DNA from: Phormidium sp.
GTDB taxonomy: Bacteria > Cyanobacteriota > Cyanobacteriia > Cyanobacteriales > Aerosakkonemataceae
DNA: 64,000 nt
Assembly (NCBI GenBank): GCA_051013385.1
Contig: CP143273.1
Location: 928,001 to 992,000, forward strand
Reading direction: 5' to 3'
The position numbers were made by a program, and so were the translations under genes. This document shows positions 30,452 through 41,358 of the stretch, piece by piece. Each line of letters begins with the position of its first letter. Position 1 is the first letter of the stretch. The notes under the pieces were generated by a model. It made no database searches. It saw only the letters and a program-made list of their open reading frames with translations, and was not told the origin of the DNA.

Positions 30452-31564
30452 ATGCCGATGGAAATGATGATTGAAGACTTAATGGAACAATTAATTGAGA
30501 TGGGCGGCTCGGATATGCACATCCAAGCTGGCGCACCTGTATATTTCCGGGTCAGTGGGAAACTGGGGCCAGTTGGTGAGGAACCGATGACGGCAGAAGA
30601 GTGTCAACGCTTAATTTTTAGTATGCTCAATAACTCGCAACGGAAAGAGTTGGAGCAGAACTGGGAATTAGACTGTGCTTATGGGGTGAAAGGATTAGCT
30701 CGGTTCCGGGTGAATGTTTACCGGGAACGGGGGGCTTGGGCGGCTTGTTTGCGAGCTTTGTCTTCTAAGATTCCGAATTTCGATAAATTGGGGTTGCCAG
30801 ATGTGGTGCGGGAAGCCACCGAAAGACCGAGAGGCATGGTGCTGGTGACTGGACAAACGGGGTCTGGAAAAACGACGACGATGGCGGCGATGATCGATTT
30901 GATCAACCGCACGCGAAACGAACATATTCTGACGGTGGAAGATCCGATCGAATATGTATTCCCGAACATTAAAAGCTTGGTTCACCAACGGCAAAAAGGT
31001 GAAGATACTAAGAGTTTTGCTAATGCTCTCAAAGCAGCATTACGGGAAGACCCAGATGTAATCCTGGTAGGTGAAATGCGGGACTTAGAAACGATCGGCT
31101 TGGCAATTTCCGCAGCCGAAACAGGTCACTTGGTATTTGGCACTCTGCACACAAACTCAGCTGCTCAGACCATTGACCGGATGTTGGACGTATTCCCGCC
31201 AATTCAACAACCCCAAATTCGAGCGATGCTTTCTAACTCTTTGGTAGCTGTATTCAGCCAAAACTTGGTACCAAAACAAAATGTTAAACCAGGGGAATAT
31301 GGTCGGGTAATGGTTCAGGAGATTATGGTGATTACACCTGCTATTTCTAACCTAATTCGGGAGGGCAAAACTTCCCAAATTTACTCGGCAATTCAAACCG
31401 GAGGTAAATTGGGAATGCAAACTATGGAAATGTCCTTAGCTAACTACTACAAATCAGGGGCTATTTCTTACGAGGCTGCCATGAGTAAATCTTCTAAACC
31501 TGATGAATTACAAAGGTTAATTGGCCCAGCACCAGCTGGAGTAAAAGTCGGATCAGCCCACTAA
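30452..31564 (+). CDS. pilT: Type IV pilus retraction ATPase
   Basis: GQTGSGKTT, ALREDPD and ISNLIRE (AIRNLIRE variant). Confidence 0.97.
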   Translation: MPMEMMIEDLMEQLIEMGGSDMHIQAGAPVYFRVSGKLGPVGEEPMTAEECQRLIFSMLNNSQRKELEQNWELDCAYGVKGLARFRVNVYRERGAWAACLRALSSKIPNFDKLGLPDVVREATERPRGMVLVTGQTGSGKTTTMAAMIDLINRTRNEHILTVEDPIEYVFPNIKSLVHQRQKGEDTKSFANALKAALREDPDVILVGEMRDLETIGLAISAAETGHLVFGTLHTNSAAQTIDRMLDVFPPIQQPQIRAMLSNSLVAVFSQNLVPKQNVKPGEYGRVMVQEIMVITPAISNLIREGKTSQIYSAIQTGGKLGMQTMEMSLANYYKSGAISYEAAMSKSSKPDELQRLIGPAPAGVKVGSAH

Positions 31565-31796
31565 GTTAAGTTAGGATAGCGGTGTTAGGTAGTAGGTAAC
31601 AAGTTTTGAGTTTGTAAGGGCGGGTTTTGTGCAGAAATTGTTTGTCAGGTGCAGAAATTGTCTGCTAAACCCGCCTACACAGAGTTTTGAGTTGAACAGA
31701 TGTGTAGATTCCAAAGTCATCACTCATAACTCATCACTGTTTAAACCAACTACTAAATAAACAAAAATAAATTAAACAAAAAGTTTGGTGTTAACT

Positions 31797-33041
31797 ATGC
31801 CTACTTTCTTAGCCCAAGTTAGAGACTCTCAAGGAGTTGCCAAAAAAGAAAAAGTAGTTGCCGAATCTATCAGGGATGCCCGTGCGCTTCTGAGAGAGAA
31901 GGGAATGACAATTCAAGACCTCAAGGAAGCAAAAAGCTTTAGCTTGAAAGAGTTTGATTTTCAAGCCGCAATGGCGAAGGTCACTGTCAAGGATAAAGCG
32001 ATTTTCTCTCGCCAATTTGCGGCAATGGTTAATGCTGGGGTGGCTTTGGTGAGAGCTTTGGGGGTATTAAATGAACAATGCACTAATCCCAAGTTGAAAA
32101 AAGCTTTGGTGGGGATTAGTGCAGATGTAAATGAGGGGATTGGTCTGGCAGAAGCAATGCGAAAACATCCCGATTGCTTTGATAACCTCTATGTGGCAAT
32201 GGTAGAAGCTGGGGAGGTTGGTGGGGTACTCGATGAGGTTTTAAACCGGATTGCGAAATTATTAGAAGATGCGGCGAGGCTACAAAACCAAATTAAGTCG
32301 GCGATGTCTTATCCGGTGGCGGTGGGAAGTTTGGCTGTGCTGATCTTTATTGGGATGACGACATTTCTGTTACCAATTTTTGCGAAGATTTTTGAAGATT
32401 TGGGAACGGAATTGCCATTGTTTACCCAAATCATGATGGGAATTAGTGAAATTTTTCGGGGTCCATTGCTGCCAGAACCGAAAAGAAATTACTGGGTATT
32501 TGTTGTTATTGGTGTGATTGTAGGGTTGAATATTGCCTATAAGCAATATTACAAAACTCCGGTAGGTCACTTACAAATGGACAAGTTTTTCCTGAAAGCT
32601 CCAATTATTGGTGATTTGACGGAAAAAACTGCGGTGGCGCGTTTTTGCCGCACTTTTGGGACTTTAACTCGTTCTGGTGTACCAATTTTGACTTCTTTGG
32701 AAATTGTGCGGGATACGGCGGGTAATGTGGTTATTTCTAATGCGATCGAAGCGGCGAGAAAAGAAATTCAAGGTGGGGGGATGATTAGCCTTGCTTTGCA
32801 ACGAGAAAAAGTTTTCCCGATTCTGGCAATTCAAATGATCAGTATTGGGGAAGAAACTGGGGAAATTGACAAAATGTTGATGAAGGTTGCCGATTTCTAT
32901 GAAGATGAAGTCGAGCAAGCTGTGAAAGGTCTGACAAGTGTACTAGAACCACTGATGATGGTGGGTATTGCTGCTATTGTGGGTTCGATTTTGTTGTCGA
33001 TGTATCTACCAATGTTTGCAGTGTTCGACAAGTTAGGCTAA
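31797..33041 (+). CDS. pilC: Type IV pilus platform protein
   Basis: Two T2SSF domains (GEVGGVL, GEETGEI). Likely start is ATG 31797. Confidence 0.96.
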   Translation: MPTFLAQVRDSQGVAKKEKVVAESIRDARALLREKGMTIQDLKEAKSFSLKEFDFQAAMAKVTVKDKAIFSRQFAAMVNAGVALVRALGVLNEQCTNPKLKKALVGISADVNEGIGLAEAMRKHPDCFDNLYVAMVEAGEVGGVLDEVLNRIAKLLEDAARLQNQIKSAMSYPVAVGSLAVLIFIGMTTFLLPIFAKIFEDLGTELPLFTQIMMGISEIFRGPLLPEPKRNYWVFVVIGVIVGLNIAYKQYYKTPVGHLQMDKFFLKAPIIGDLTEKTAVARFCRTFGTLTRSGVPILTSLEIVRDTAGNVVISNAIEAARKEIQGGGMISLALQREKVFPILAIQMISIGEETGEIDKMLMKVADFYEDEVEQAVKGLTSVLEPLMMVGIAAIVGSILLSMYLPMFAVFDKLG

Positions 33042-33119
33042 TTGATAGAGATTCCCTTTGTTTGAGCTATCTAAAATCAGAAAAGAATTTGGCAAACCAT
33101 CGCAGTTCCAATTAGGAAA

Positions 33120-33701
33120 ATGTCGCAGCAGATTCATTACGAAGAGTTACTTGCAGACTATAGTAGCCAAATAGGGGCGATCGAGCTACTGAAGCAACAT
33201 CGACCCTATTTTGAGCTAATTCCTAGTCTGCGCCGACCACAAGAAAGTTTAATCACTATCCCTTTGCCGATCGTAAGATTAAGTCAAAATATCACATCGA
33301 CAAAACATAGTGGTGTAGTAAAACCAGGACGACTTGCAACTTGTTTACCCTGCGATTTAGCAGTTTTAATGTGTGACCCGGAATGGAAAATTAAAACGGG
33401 TGCAGAAATTTTAGTATTTATCCATCGTCCTGATGAAGAGTTTTCGGAATTACTACATCGGTGGCGACAAACTCAGGTTTATTTGGATAATGGTTATGAG
33501 TGGGTGATGCCTTCCCGGTACAATCATATTTTGAGTGAGGGCGCTGATAAAGTACATCCACTGTTTGTAATTTATGAGCAAACTCCAGAGCGAATTAAGT
33601 CGGGTTTAAAGGGTGCTTATTTGCCGTTTGTGGTGCAAAATTTGACTGTAACTCAGGAAGAAATTCCGCCTGCTTTATCTCCAGAAACTCCAGCAAGTTA
33701 G
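33120..33701 (+). CDS. Hypothetical protein
   Basis: 193-aa ORF with AGGA RBS and an LMCDPEWKIK motif; no function recognised. Confidence 0.75.
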   Translation: MSQQIHYEELLADYSSQIGAIELLKQHRPYFELIPSLRRPQESLITIPLPIVRLSQNITSTKHSGVVKPGRLATCLPCDLAVLMCDPEWKIKTGAEILVFIHRPDEEFSELLHRWRQTQVYLDNGYEWVMPSRYNHILSEGADKVHPLFVIYEQTPERIKSGLKGAYLPFVVQNLTVTQEEIPPALSPETPAS

Positions 33702-33789
33702 GTGTTCTTGGAGCAGGGGAGAGGATTAAAGCAATTTGTTCAGTTTCCCAGTAATTCAATTTACATAGCTAATTGACACTTTCACCGTC

Positions 33790-33817
33790 GTAGGGGTAAT
33801 TCATGAATTACCCCTAC
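33790..33817. repeat. GTAG-type REP palindrome
   Basis: GTAGGGGTAATTCATGAATTACCCCTAC; differs from the rsgA copy by one compensatory base pair. Confidence 0.9.
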
Positions 33818-33909
33818 GCTGTGACTTCATGCTTCATTGAGATAAGAGGACTTACGCTGTCAGATTAGTTTGTTGGGTTATAGTTTTGTAATTTTTGGAG
33901 AAGGGTATA

Positions 33910-34740
33910 ATGGCGCAGGATTCGGTGGTGGCATGGCAAAAGTTAATTGAGGTGGTGGCGCAGTTGCGATCGCCTTATGGTGGTTGTCCTTGGGATTTAG
34001 CCCAAACTCCTCAATCTTTAATTCCCTACGTAATTGAAGAAGCTTATGAAGTTGTAGATGCGATTAGATGTGAAGATAAAAGTGCGATCGCAGAAGAATT
34101 AGGAGATTTACTTTTACAAGTAGTTTTACAAGCCCAAATTGCTAGCGAATCTGGTCAATTTACAATCAAAGAAGTGGTTGAAGGAATTACGGAAAAATTA
34201 ATTCGCAGACATCCTCACGTTTTTGGTGATGTGGCTGTGGAAAGTGTTGAGGAAGTGCGACAAAATTGGGAAAAAATTAAAGCGGCTGAAAAGGGAGAAA
34301 CTCCAAAGCAGCAACAGTTACTCAGTGCAAAAATTAGCCGTTATGCTCGGACTTTGCCTCCTTTAACTGCGGGAATGAAAATTTCTCAAAAAGCGGCGGC
34401 TGTGGGTTTTGAATGGGACAAAATTGAGGATGTTTGGGAAAAGTTTAATGAAGAATTGGCGGAATTTAGATACTCTATTCAACATGAAACTAAAGAACGG
34501 CAACAAGAAGAATTAGGCGATTTGTTATTTGTAATTATTAATTTGGCGCGGTGGTACGATTTAGATCCGGCGGCAGCTTTGCACGGCACAAATCAACGTT
34601 TTATACAAAGAATTGTGAAGATGGAGGCAGTGACAGACCGCCCGCTTTCGGATTATTCACCAGAAGAGTTGGAACAACTTTGGCAACAAGCAAAGGCTAA
34701 GTTGGCGGCGCAAAAAAAAGGCGATCGGACTGATATATAA
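33910..34740 (+). CDS. mazG: Nucleoside triphosphate pyrophosphohydrolase
   Basis: GCPWD, IEEAYEV, EELGDLL twice and RRHPHVFG. Confidence 0.96.
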   Translation: MAQDSVVAWQKLIEVVAQLRSPYGGCPWDLAQTPQSLIPYVIEEAYEVVDAIRCEDKSAIAEELGDLLLQVVLQAQIASESGQFTIKEVVEGITEKLIRRHPHVFGDVAVESVEEVRQNWEKIKAAEKGETPKQQQLLSAKISRYARTLPPLTAGMKISQKAAAVGFEWDKIEDVWEKFNEELAEFRYSIQHETKERQQEELGDLLFVIINLARWYDLDPAAALHGTNQRFIQRIVKMEAVTDRPLSDYSPEELEQLWQQAKAKLAAQKKGDRTDI

Positions 34741-34825
34741 TTTATTGTTTGAAGAGGATAAACTCAATACTTCCGTAATAGCTAAACTTGCTATTAAATA
34801 GTGTCAGTAAAATTGCGGAAAAGTT

Positions 34826-36058
34826 ATGTTACAATTTGTATCAAAAACCCTGAAATTATCAGCCGCTAGTGTCAGTCTGATACTGGGAATCCCAGAGGTT
34901 GCTCAAGGCGCTTACTTAAAGCTGTGGGATAATGGGCCATCAAGTAACCGAGTGGATATAGTTTTTCTGGGAGATGGGTATACAGCAGCAGATATTAATA
35001 CCACCTACAACAGGGATATTAATGCGATGCTCAATTGGATGTTTTTTGGCAATGAAAATCCCTATCCCAGGTATAAAAACTTTTTTAATGTTCACCGTTT
35101 GGATATTATTTCTCAGGAAAGGGGAGCAGATATTCCTCCTAATGGTATTTTCCGCAATACTGCTTTAGATGCGAGTTACTATTTTGACGGAGTAACCGAT
35201 CGTTTGCTTTATGTTAATGAAGCAAAAGCTAACCAAGCTTTAATAAATAATTTACCTGACCTTTCATTAGCAGAAATTCGATTATTAACTGTTAATGATA
35301 CTAAATATGGCGGGGGTGGCGGAAATTTTGCTGTGTATGCAGGTGGGAATATGTATGCTACAGACCTGGCTCTTCATGAATTAGGGCATAGCTTTAATAA
35401 GTTAGCTGATGAATATTATTATAGCGATTCGGAAACTTATAGATTCTATAATGGTCCAGAACCCACAGCAATTAATATTACTAAATCTGCTACTGGTAAT
35501 AAGTGGTCACAGTGGCTAGGTTATGTGCAACCGGGTATTGGAGTTATTGGTGCTTATGAGGGTGCTGGTTTTTACCAAAGAGGTTTGTTTCGACCTTCTA
35601 TGAATTCTAAAATGCGGAGTTTAGGTCAGCCTTTTGATGCGGTAAGTCGAGAAAAGATTATTTTAGATATTTATGATTTAGTAAATCCTTTGGACAGTTG
35701 GCTAGATAATACGACTACTTTATTTAATCCTCAGCAACTTTGGGTGAAACCTATAGATCCAAGTGTGATTAATGTTAACTGGTATGTGAATGATGTTTTA
35801 GTAACTGATGCTAAAAATCAATCGTTTAATTTGGCAAATTATGTTTTTGATTCAGGACTTTATCAGGTGACTGCTAAAGCTTTTGATCCTACAGATTGGG
35901 TGAGAGTTAAACGCGATCGTTTAGAGCAAAGTATTACATGGAATGTGGAGGTTTCTGTTGCTAAACGAGTTACCGAACCAGGAACTTTGTTAGGGTTATT
36001 TAGTATTAGTATTTTCGCTTTGGTTAGTTGTGCTAAAAAAGGCAAAGATTTATCTTAA
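34826..36058 (+). CDS. Secreted M64-family metallopeptidase with PEP-CTERM-like tail
   Basis: Signal peptide, VFLGDGYT and HELGHSFNKLADEY; C-terminal VTEP plus TM helix plus basic residues. Confidence 0.85.
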   Translation: MLQFVSKTLKLSAASVSLILGIPEVAQGAYLKLWDNGPSSNRVDIVFLGDGYTAADINTTYNRDINAMLNWMFFGNENPYPRYKNFFNVHRLDIISQERGADIPPNGIFRNTALDASYYFDGVTDRLLYVNEAKANQALINNLPDLSLAEIRLLTVNDTKYGGGGGNFAVYAGGNMYATDLALHELGHSFNKLADEYYYSDSETYRFYNGPEPTAINITKSATGNKWSQWLGYVQPGIGVIGAYEGAGFYQRGLFRPSMNSKMRSLGQPFDAVSREKIILDIYDLVNPLDSWLDNTTTLFNPQQLWVKPIDPSVINVNWYVNDVLVTDAKNQSFNLANYVFDSGLYQVTAKAFDPTDWVRVKRDRLEQSITWNVEVSVAKRVTEPGTLLGLFSISIFALVSCAKKGKDLS

Positions 36059-36100
36059 ACGTAATGTAGAGACGTTATATATAACGTTACTCAAACGTTA

Positions 36101-36203
36101 CTCAGATCTTGCACCAAGAGGCAGAGCCTCTTTCCTTTCGTTCCCAGGTTGAACCTGGGAACGAGATTAGGGAGGTTCTACCTCCCCTGCTGCAAGATCT
36201 GGG
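36101..36203. mobile_element. MITE-like element flanked by TA dinucleotides
   Basis: TA-CTCAGATCTTGCA ... TGCAAGATCTGGG-TA, with an internal CGTTCCCAGGTTGAACCTGGGAACG palindrome. Confidence 0.75.
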
Positions 36204-36211
36204 TATTATGG

Positions 36212-38215
36212 TTAGCGCAAAAGCAGGATAATAGCCAAGCCTAAAATAATTGCGCCACTGCCAAAAACTAATGCCCAAAAACGATGGTAACTTCTAACAA
36301 TGGTGCCGCTGGTACTTTCTAAACTGATTAAATCCATCCAAGATCCGATACCGCGACGGAACCAACCTAAAGTGTTTACTTCCGATCCAATTAGGCTTTT
36401 AACTCGTTTCATGCCGAACAAGAAATTACCGATCGAACCAAACCGAGAAGCATAATGTAAATACATTAAACCACTGCGTTCTTGCAACATTAAATCTGAA
36501 CCAAAGGCGTAACCTGCGTCGCCTCTGCCGATGAGTTTACCTTGTAATTTTGCAGGTTTACCACGCAAAGGGCTGGCATAAGGATCGGACATTAACGAAA
36601 TCATATCTGTGTCGGCGGCGTGACTGAAATCAGGATAGGTAACAAAGGTTTTGAATAATGTTCCTATTCCTAAACCAATTACCGGAGAAGCTAACAATAA
36701 ACCAAAGCTTTGTACTGATTCTGAGTTGCTGATGAATACAATAATTCCGATCGCTAACCCAGTGAAGAAACCAATTATTTGCGATAGATAAAGGAAGATA
36801 TCCAGCGCAAAGTTACCATAAAGTTTCCCTTTGTTTAAAGTCTTACCTTCGCGCACGACTCGACTCATATCAAACTCGGTTTCTAAACCTAGTTGTTCTG
36901 CATAAGTGCTTAAGGCGCGAACTCTTTTTCCGGTTAATGGATGAGTAGAATTTAATTCCATCCACCAACCCCAAGGATTAAACATATCCCAGAGAAAGAC
37001 TCTGCCGATTTGTTCTGGACGAGAGGCGGCGCGATAAGCAGTTCCGGTTGCTGCTGCACCTTTATGATCGTAAATTCCTAAAGCGCGAGTACCTTCTATT
37101 AATTTACTTGGTTCTTTGTTTTGTTGACTTTCTTCTAAAATGCCGTAAGCGATTTTCACTAAGGCGCGAGATAATGCGTTAGGGTTGCCTGTAGTTTCGG
37201 CGGCGAAATGATCGGCAAAGTATTCTCTTGTGCGAGACAAGTACAGGATTAAGTAAGTACCAATGATATAAAACAAATAGGCGGCTAAAGCAATTCCCCC
37301 GGCAGCATCTTTGGCACTATTGTTGCTATTTCCACTGCCTAATTCTCGCAAAAAGACGTACAGCAAATAACATATTTGGACTAATGTTGCGGCTACTGTC
37401 ATTACCGCAAAATCCCAATGTACAATATGACCTAATTCATGGGCGTAAACGGTGGCAATTTCGTCATCTTTTAGATAGGTGAACAGTCCTTCGCTGACTA
37501 CTAAACGGGCGCTGTTGGGTAAAGAACCGTAAGTAAATGCGGTGGGATTTTGGTCGTCTATGATTCCTAAACGGGGTTGTTTAAGGTTTTTTTCGGCACA
37601 AACTCGCTGAATTACTGCTGCTGCTTCGGGGCTTTTGCTTTCTAGTTCTGCTAAGTCTATCCAGCGAGTTTTATACAACCAGCTTTGGGTTAAATCCATC
37701 AAGTAAGGTGACAGGAAAAAAGCGGCGAGATTGAAAATTAAGGTAAAAGCGATCGCAATTCCCAATCCCAAAGTTGGGTTTTCACTATTGTAAATAAAGA
37801 CAACAACTAAAGCTAACACAAACACCATGCCAAATAATAATGTCATGGTGACAATGGAGGCTAAAGCGAGATTTCCACCTACACCTCCCATTGCTAGTTT
37901 GACACCTAAGCCAGCTGCACGTTTAGTATTAGTAATCGCTGATGAATTTGATGAATTTAGGGATTCTAGGGTTTTTTGTGCCCATTGAGAAACTTTGGGA
38001 TTGCTGCTGTTGCTAAGTTGCTGACATAAGGCGATCGCTTTTTGATTTTGGTTAGCCTTTTGATAAGCTGCTACTAACCACATCCGCCCCCGCAAATAAT
38101 CTTCAGATCGATCGTCTAAACATTGCCCACAAAATTTTTCCAAGAGATTAATCGCCTCTTGATAACGCTTTTGCTTAATGGCTTCTATGCCTGCTTGCAG
38201 TGACATATTCATCAC
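36212..38215 (-). CDS. htpX: HtpX-like M48 zinc metalloprotease with N-terminal TPR-like region and C-terminal extension
   Basis: PTAFTYG, HELGH, SRTREYFAD and STHP. Confidence 0.85.
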   Translation of the reverse strand: MMNMSLQAGIEAIKQKRYQEAINLLEKFCGQCLDDRSEDYLRGRMWLVAAYQKANQNQKAIALCQQLSNSSNPKVSQWAQKTLESLNSSNSSAITNTKRAAGLGVKLAMGGVGGNLALASIVTMTLLFGMVFVLALVVVFIYNSENPTLGLGIAIAFTLIFNLAAFFLSPYLMDLTQSWLYKTRWIDLAELESKSPEAAAVIQRVCAEKNLKQPRLGIIDDQNPTAFTYGSLPNSARLVVSEGLFTYLKDDEIATVYAHELGHIVHWDFAVMTVAATLVQICYLLYVFLRELGSGNSNNSAKDAAGGIALAAYLFYIIGTYLILYLSRTREYFADHFAAETTGNPNALSRALVKIAYGILEESQQNKEPSKLIEGTRALGIYDHKGAAATGTAYRAASRPEQIGRVFLWDMFNPWGWWMELNSTHPLTGKRVRALSTYAEQLGLETEFDMSRVVREGKTLNKGKLYGNFALDIFLYLSQIIGFFTGLAIGIIVFISNSESVQSFGLLLASPVIGLGIGTLFKTFVTYPDFSHAADTDMISLMSDPYASPLRGKPAKLQGKLIGRGDAGYAFGSDLMLQERSGLMYLHYASRFGSIGNFLFGMKRVKSLIGSEVNTLGWFRRGIGSWMDLISLESTSGTIVRSYHRFWALVFGSGAIILGLAIILLLR

Positions 38216-38302
38216 CCTAACGGAGTATATCTGTTTCGATCAATACTCAGGGAAGGGATGATTGTCAGCCTTTGTTAGTAAAACTTTAGGAAACGGGAAA
38301 TT

Positions 38303-39058
38303 TTACACGAAACTGGGGGTTGTTAAACTGACCATATCCCGATAATAATCAATGACTTCACTGGCGGAACCAGTATATTTGATTTTACCTTGGTCTAACC
38401 AAATTACGCGATCGCAAAATTGCTCAACTAAATTTAATTCATGGGATACCAGAAGAACTGTAGCATTAGCATCCCAGAAATTTTTTAAACGTTGTTTGCA
38501 TTTCTTTTTAAATCTTTCGTCACCGACAGCTAACACTTCATCTAAAATTAAAATATCTGGTTCGATATCAGTGGCGATCGCAAAACCTAACCTTGCTACC
38601 ATTCCAGATGATAAACCTTTTAAGGGTACTGAAACATATTCTTCTAATTCCGCAAAAGCTAAAATTGAATCGATTTTTTGGCGCATTTGTTTTTGAGAAA
38701 ATCCCAGCATTACCCCATACAAAATGATATTATCTAACACAGATAAGTCTGGATCGAAACCTGCTTCCAATTCTATCATCGGCGCAATTTTTCCCCAGAC
38801 TTTTACCTGACCGTGCGTTGGGTTTAAAATTCCACAAATCACTTTTAGCAGGGTGGATTTTCCCGAACCATTGACACCTATGATGCCTACTTTTTCGCCT
38901 GCTGTTATGGTTAAATCAACCCGATCTAAGACTAACTTTTTGATGGGTTTATGATATTTGCCTTCCAGAACTGACAAAATTGTTTTCTTCAAGTCATAAG
39001 AAAACTCTTCTTGGGTTCTGCGCCATAAGGATACTTGTTCTAAGCAGATTGCTTGCAT
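38303..39058 (-). CDS. Polysaccharide ABC exporter ATPase (Wzt-like)
   Basis: GVNGSGKS, LSSGMVARL and LDEVLAVGD. Confidence 0.92.
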   Translation of the reverse strand: MQAICLEQVSLWRRTQEEFSYDLKKTILSVLEGKYHKPIKKLVLDRVDLTITAGEKVGIIGVNGSGKSTLLKVICGILNPTHGQVKVWGKIAPMIELEAGFDPDLSVLDNIILYGVMLGFSQKQMRQKIDSILAFAELEEYVSVPLKGLSSGMVARLGFAIATDIEPDILILDEVLAVGDERFKKKCKQRLKNFWDANATVLLVSHELNLVEQFCDRVIWLDQGKIKYTGSASEVIDYYRDMVSLTTPSFV

Positions 39059-39868
39059 TTATAATAAATCCATAAATTGCGATCGCCAACTATCAAACAA
39101 TTTACATCCTACAGCTAAAACTACACAACTAGTGAACAAAGAAGTGCCAATTAAGCTGAGGTCAGGCAAATCTCCTGACAAGGCAATCTGACGAATACTG
39201 CCAATAATCCAAGTGAGGGGGTTAAGGGCTAAAATTGGGCGAATATTTGCCGGAACAATCTCTATTGGGTAAAATATGGGAGAGCTAAACCACATTAGGG
39301 AAACAACTAATTCATAGAAATATGGCAAATCACGAAAGAAAACAAATAGCGCACTGACAATCAATCCCACTCCTGCACAAAAGCAAACTAAGGATAACAA
39401 TGGCAGGATCAAAGCTAACACATTAATTAAACTTTGGGAAGTTACTAATGTGGCAATTACTAAAAATGGCAAGGAACCGCAGACAAACTGAAAGACATTT
39501 GCAGCAATCATTGATAGGGGAAAAACATTGATTGGCAAGCGAATTTTATTCAACAATCCCCCGTTGCAGACTACACTAGTTAATGCTTGGGTAGTGGCTG
39601 CGGAAAAAAAGTTAATTACCACTAAACCTGCAAACACTTCTAACATATAAGTGGCAAGGGAATTTTCGTAATATCGTAAAAATGCCATGCCAAAAATTGT
39701 GGTGTAAGCTGCGGTCATTAGTAAGGGGTTTAACAATGACCAATAGATGCCTAAAATGGAACCGCGATAACGGACTTTAAGATTTCGCGTTACCAATACC
39801 TGCAACAATTCCAGATAGCGGACTAGGTTAGCATTCTGGAAAATAGATGTTTTACTCACTCGCACCAC
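39059..39868 (-). CDS. Polysaccharide ABC exporter permease (Wzm-like)
   Basis: [26 protein letters not shown] and NPL. The start is probably GTG at 39868-39859, because 39952 overlaps proA. Confidence 0.9.
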   Translation of the reverse strand: MVRVSKTSIFQNANLVRYLELLQVLVTRNLKVRYRGSILGIYWSLLNPLLMTAAYTTIFGMAFLRYYENSLATYMLEVFAGLVVINFFSAATTQALTSVVCNGGLLNKIRLPINVFPLSMIAANVFQFVCGSLPFLVIATLVTSQSLINVLALILPLLSLVCFCAGVGLIVSALFVFFRDLPYFYELVVSLMWFSSPIFYPIEIVPANIRPILALNPLTWIIGSIRQIALSGDLPDLSLIGTSLFTSCVVLAVGCKLFDSWRSQFMDLL

Positions 39869-39931
39869 GTTACCCTGTCTGTAAAAGACTATTCTTGTAC
39901 TAAGCTTGGAATATACGCCGCAAATCGAGAA

Positions 39932-41251
39932 ATGTCCATGACTGTTTCCCAAATAGCTACGAGTTCGCTAATTGAGATTGCCCAAGTTACCCGCCAAGCA
40001 GCAAGAGAGTTGGCGATGCTTTCTGCTGCTGCTAGGAATGATGCGATTGAAGCGATCGCCCAAGCTTTAGAATCGATGATGCCTGAGATTTTGACTGCGA
40101 ATAGTGCCGATTGTCAAGCAGCTGAGGCGGAAGGAATCTCGAAGTCGCTTTATGCAAGGTTAAAGTTAGATGAGACTAAGCTAAAAGGTGCGATCGCAGG
40201 TGTACGCGATGTCGGACGTTTACCCGATCCTGTAGGAAAGCTGGAAATTCATCGTCAGTTGGATCGGGGATTAATTTTAAAGCGAGTTAGTTGTCCTTTG
40301 GGCGTTTTGGGAATAATTTTTGAAGCCCGTCCTGATGCTGTCATGCAAATTACTAGTTTGGCAATTAAGTCTGGGAATGGGGTAATTTTGAAAGGTGGTA
40401 AAGAAGCAATTCGTTCTTGTGATGCTTTGGTAAAAGCGATTCGTTTAGGTTTAGCAAAAAGCGATGTTTCGCCAAATGTGGTACAGTTGCTCACGACGAG
40501 AGAGGAAATTTCTGCATTATTAAAGTTGGATGAATATGTAGATTTAATTATTCCCAGAGGTTCTAATAGTTTTGTGCGGTATGTGCAGGAAAATACCAGA
40601 ATTCCAGTTTTAGGACACGCTGAAGGAATTTGTCATTTATATATAGATGCGGCGGCGGAAATTACTAAGGCGGTGGATATTTCTGTGGATGCGAAAACGC
40701 AATATCCGGCGGCTTGTAATGCGATCGAAACTTTGTTAATTCACAAGTCAATTGCGCCAGATTTTCTACCTTTAGCGGCAGCGGCTTTAAAGGCGCGAAA
40801 TGTGGAATTGCGGGGAGACGATCGCGCCAGAGAAATTGTCGAAATGTCGCCAGCAACTCAAACAGATTGGGCAACGGAATATAGCGATTTGATTCTATCA
40901 ATTAAGATTGTAGATTCTTTGGCGGATGCGATCGCTCATATTAACACTTATGGTTCTCGGCATACTGATGCGATCGTCACCGAAGATCAAGAAGCAGCAA
41001 AAGTTTTTATTGCCCAAGTTGACGCAGCTGGAGTTTATCATAATTGTTCCACTCGTTTCGCTGATGGTTATCGTTATGGCTTTGGTGCAGAGGTAGGAAT
41101 TAGCACTCAAAAAATGCCTCCGCGTGGGCCTGTTGGTTTAGAAGGTTTGGTAACATACAAATATCAATTAACTGGAGATGGTCACATTGTCGAAAGTTAT
41201 AGTGGTAAGAATGCTAAACCTTTCCATCATCAAGATTTGCCCCTAGAGTAA
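39932..41251 (+). CDS. proA: Gamma-glutamyl phosphate reductase
   Basis: [26 protein letters not shown] and RGPVGL. Confidence 0.97.
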   Translation: MSMTVSQIATSSLIEIAQVTRQAARELAMLSAAARNDAIEAIAQALESMMPEILTANSADCQAAEAEGISKSLYARLKLDETKLKGAIAGVRDVGRLPDPVGKLEIHRQLDRGLILKRVSCPLGVLGIIFEARPDAVMQITSLAIKSGNGVILKGGKEAIRSCDALVKAIRLGLAKSDVSPNVVQLLTTREEISALLKLDEYVDLIIPRGSNSFVRYVQENTRIPVLGHAEGICHLYIDAAAEITKAVDISVDAKTQYPAACNAIETLLIHKSIAPDFLPLAAAALKARNVELRGDDRAREIVEMSPATQTDWATEYSDLILSIKIVDSLADAIAHINTYGSRHTDAIVTEDQEAAKVFIAQVDAAGVYHNCSTRFADGYRYGFGAEVGISTQKMPPRGPVGLEGLVTYKYQLTGDGHIVESYSGKNAKPFHHQDLPLE

Positions 41252-41358
41252 AAGTTTTGAGTTATGAGTTATGAGTTTTAAGTTGAATCAAGAATGAACT
41301 CAAAACTAAAAACTCATAATTCATAAATTTTTTGTTCCCCGTTCCATTTCCCTATTCA

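Noticed and set aside
39869..39952. Apparent head-to-head overlap of wzm and proA
   Set aside because: It is an artefact of longest-ORF calling; in-frame GTG starts at 39868-39859 remove the overlap.
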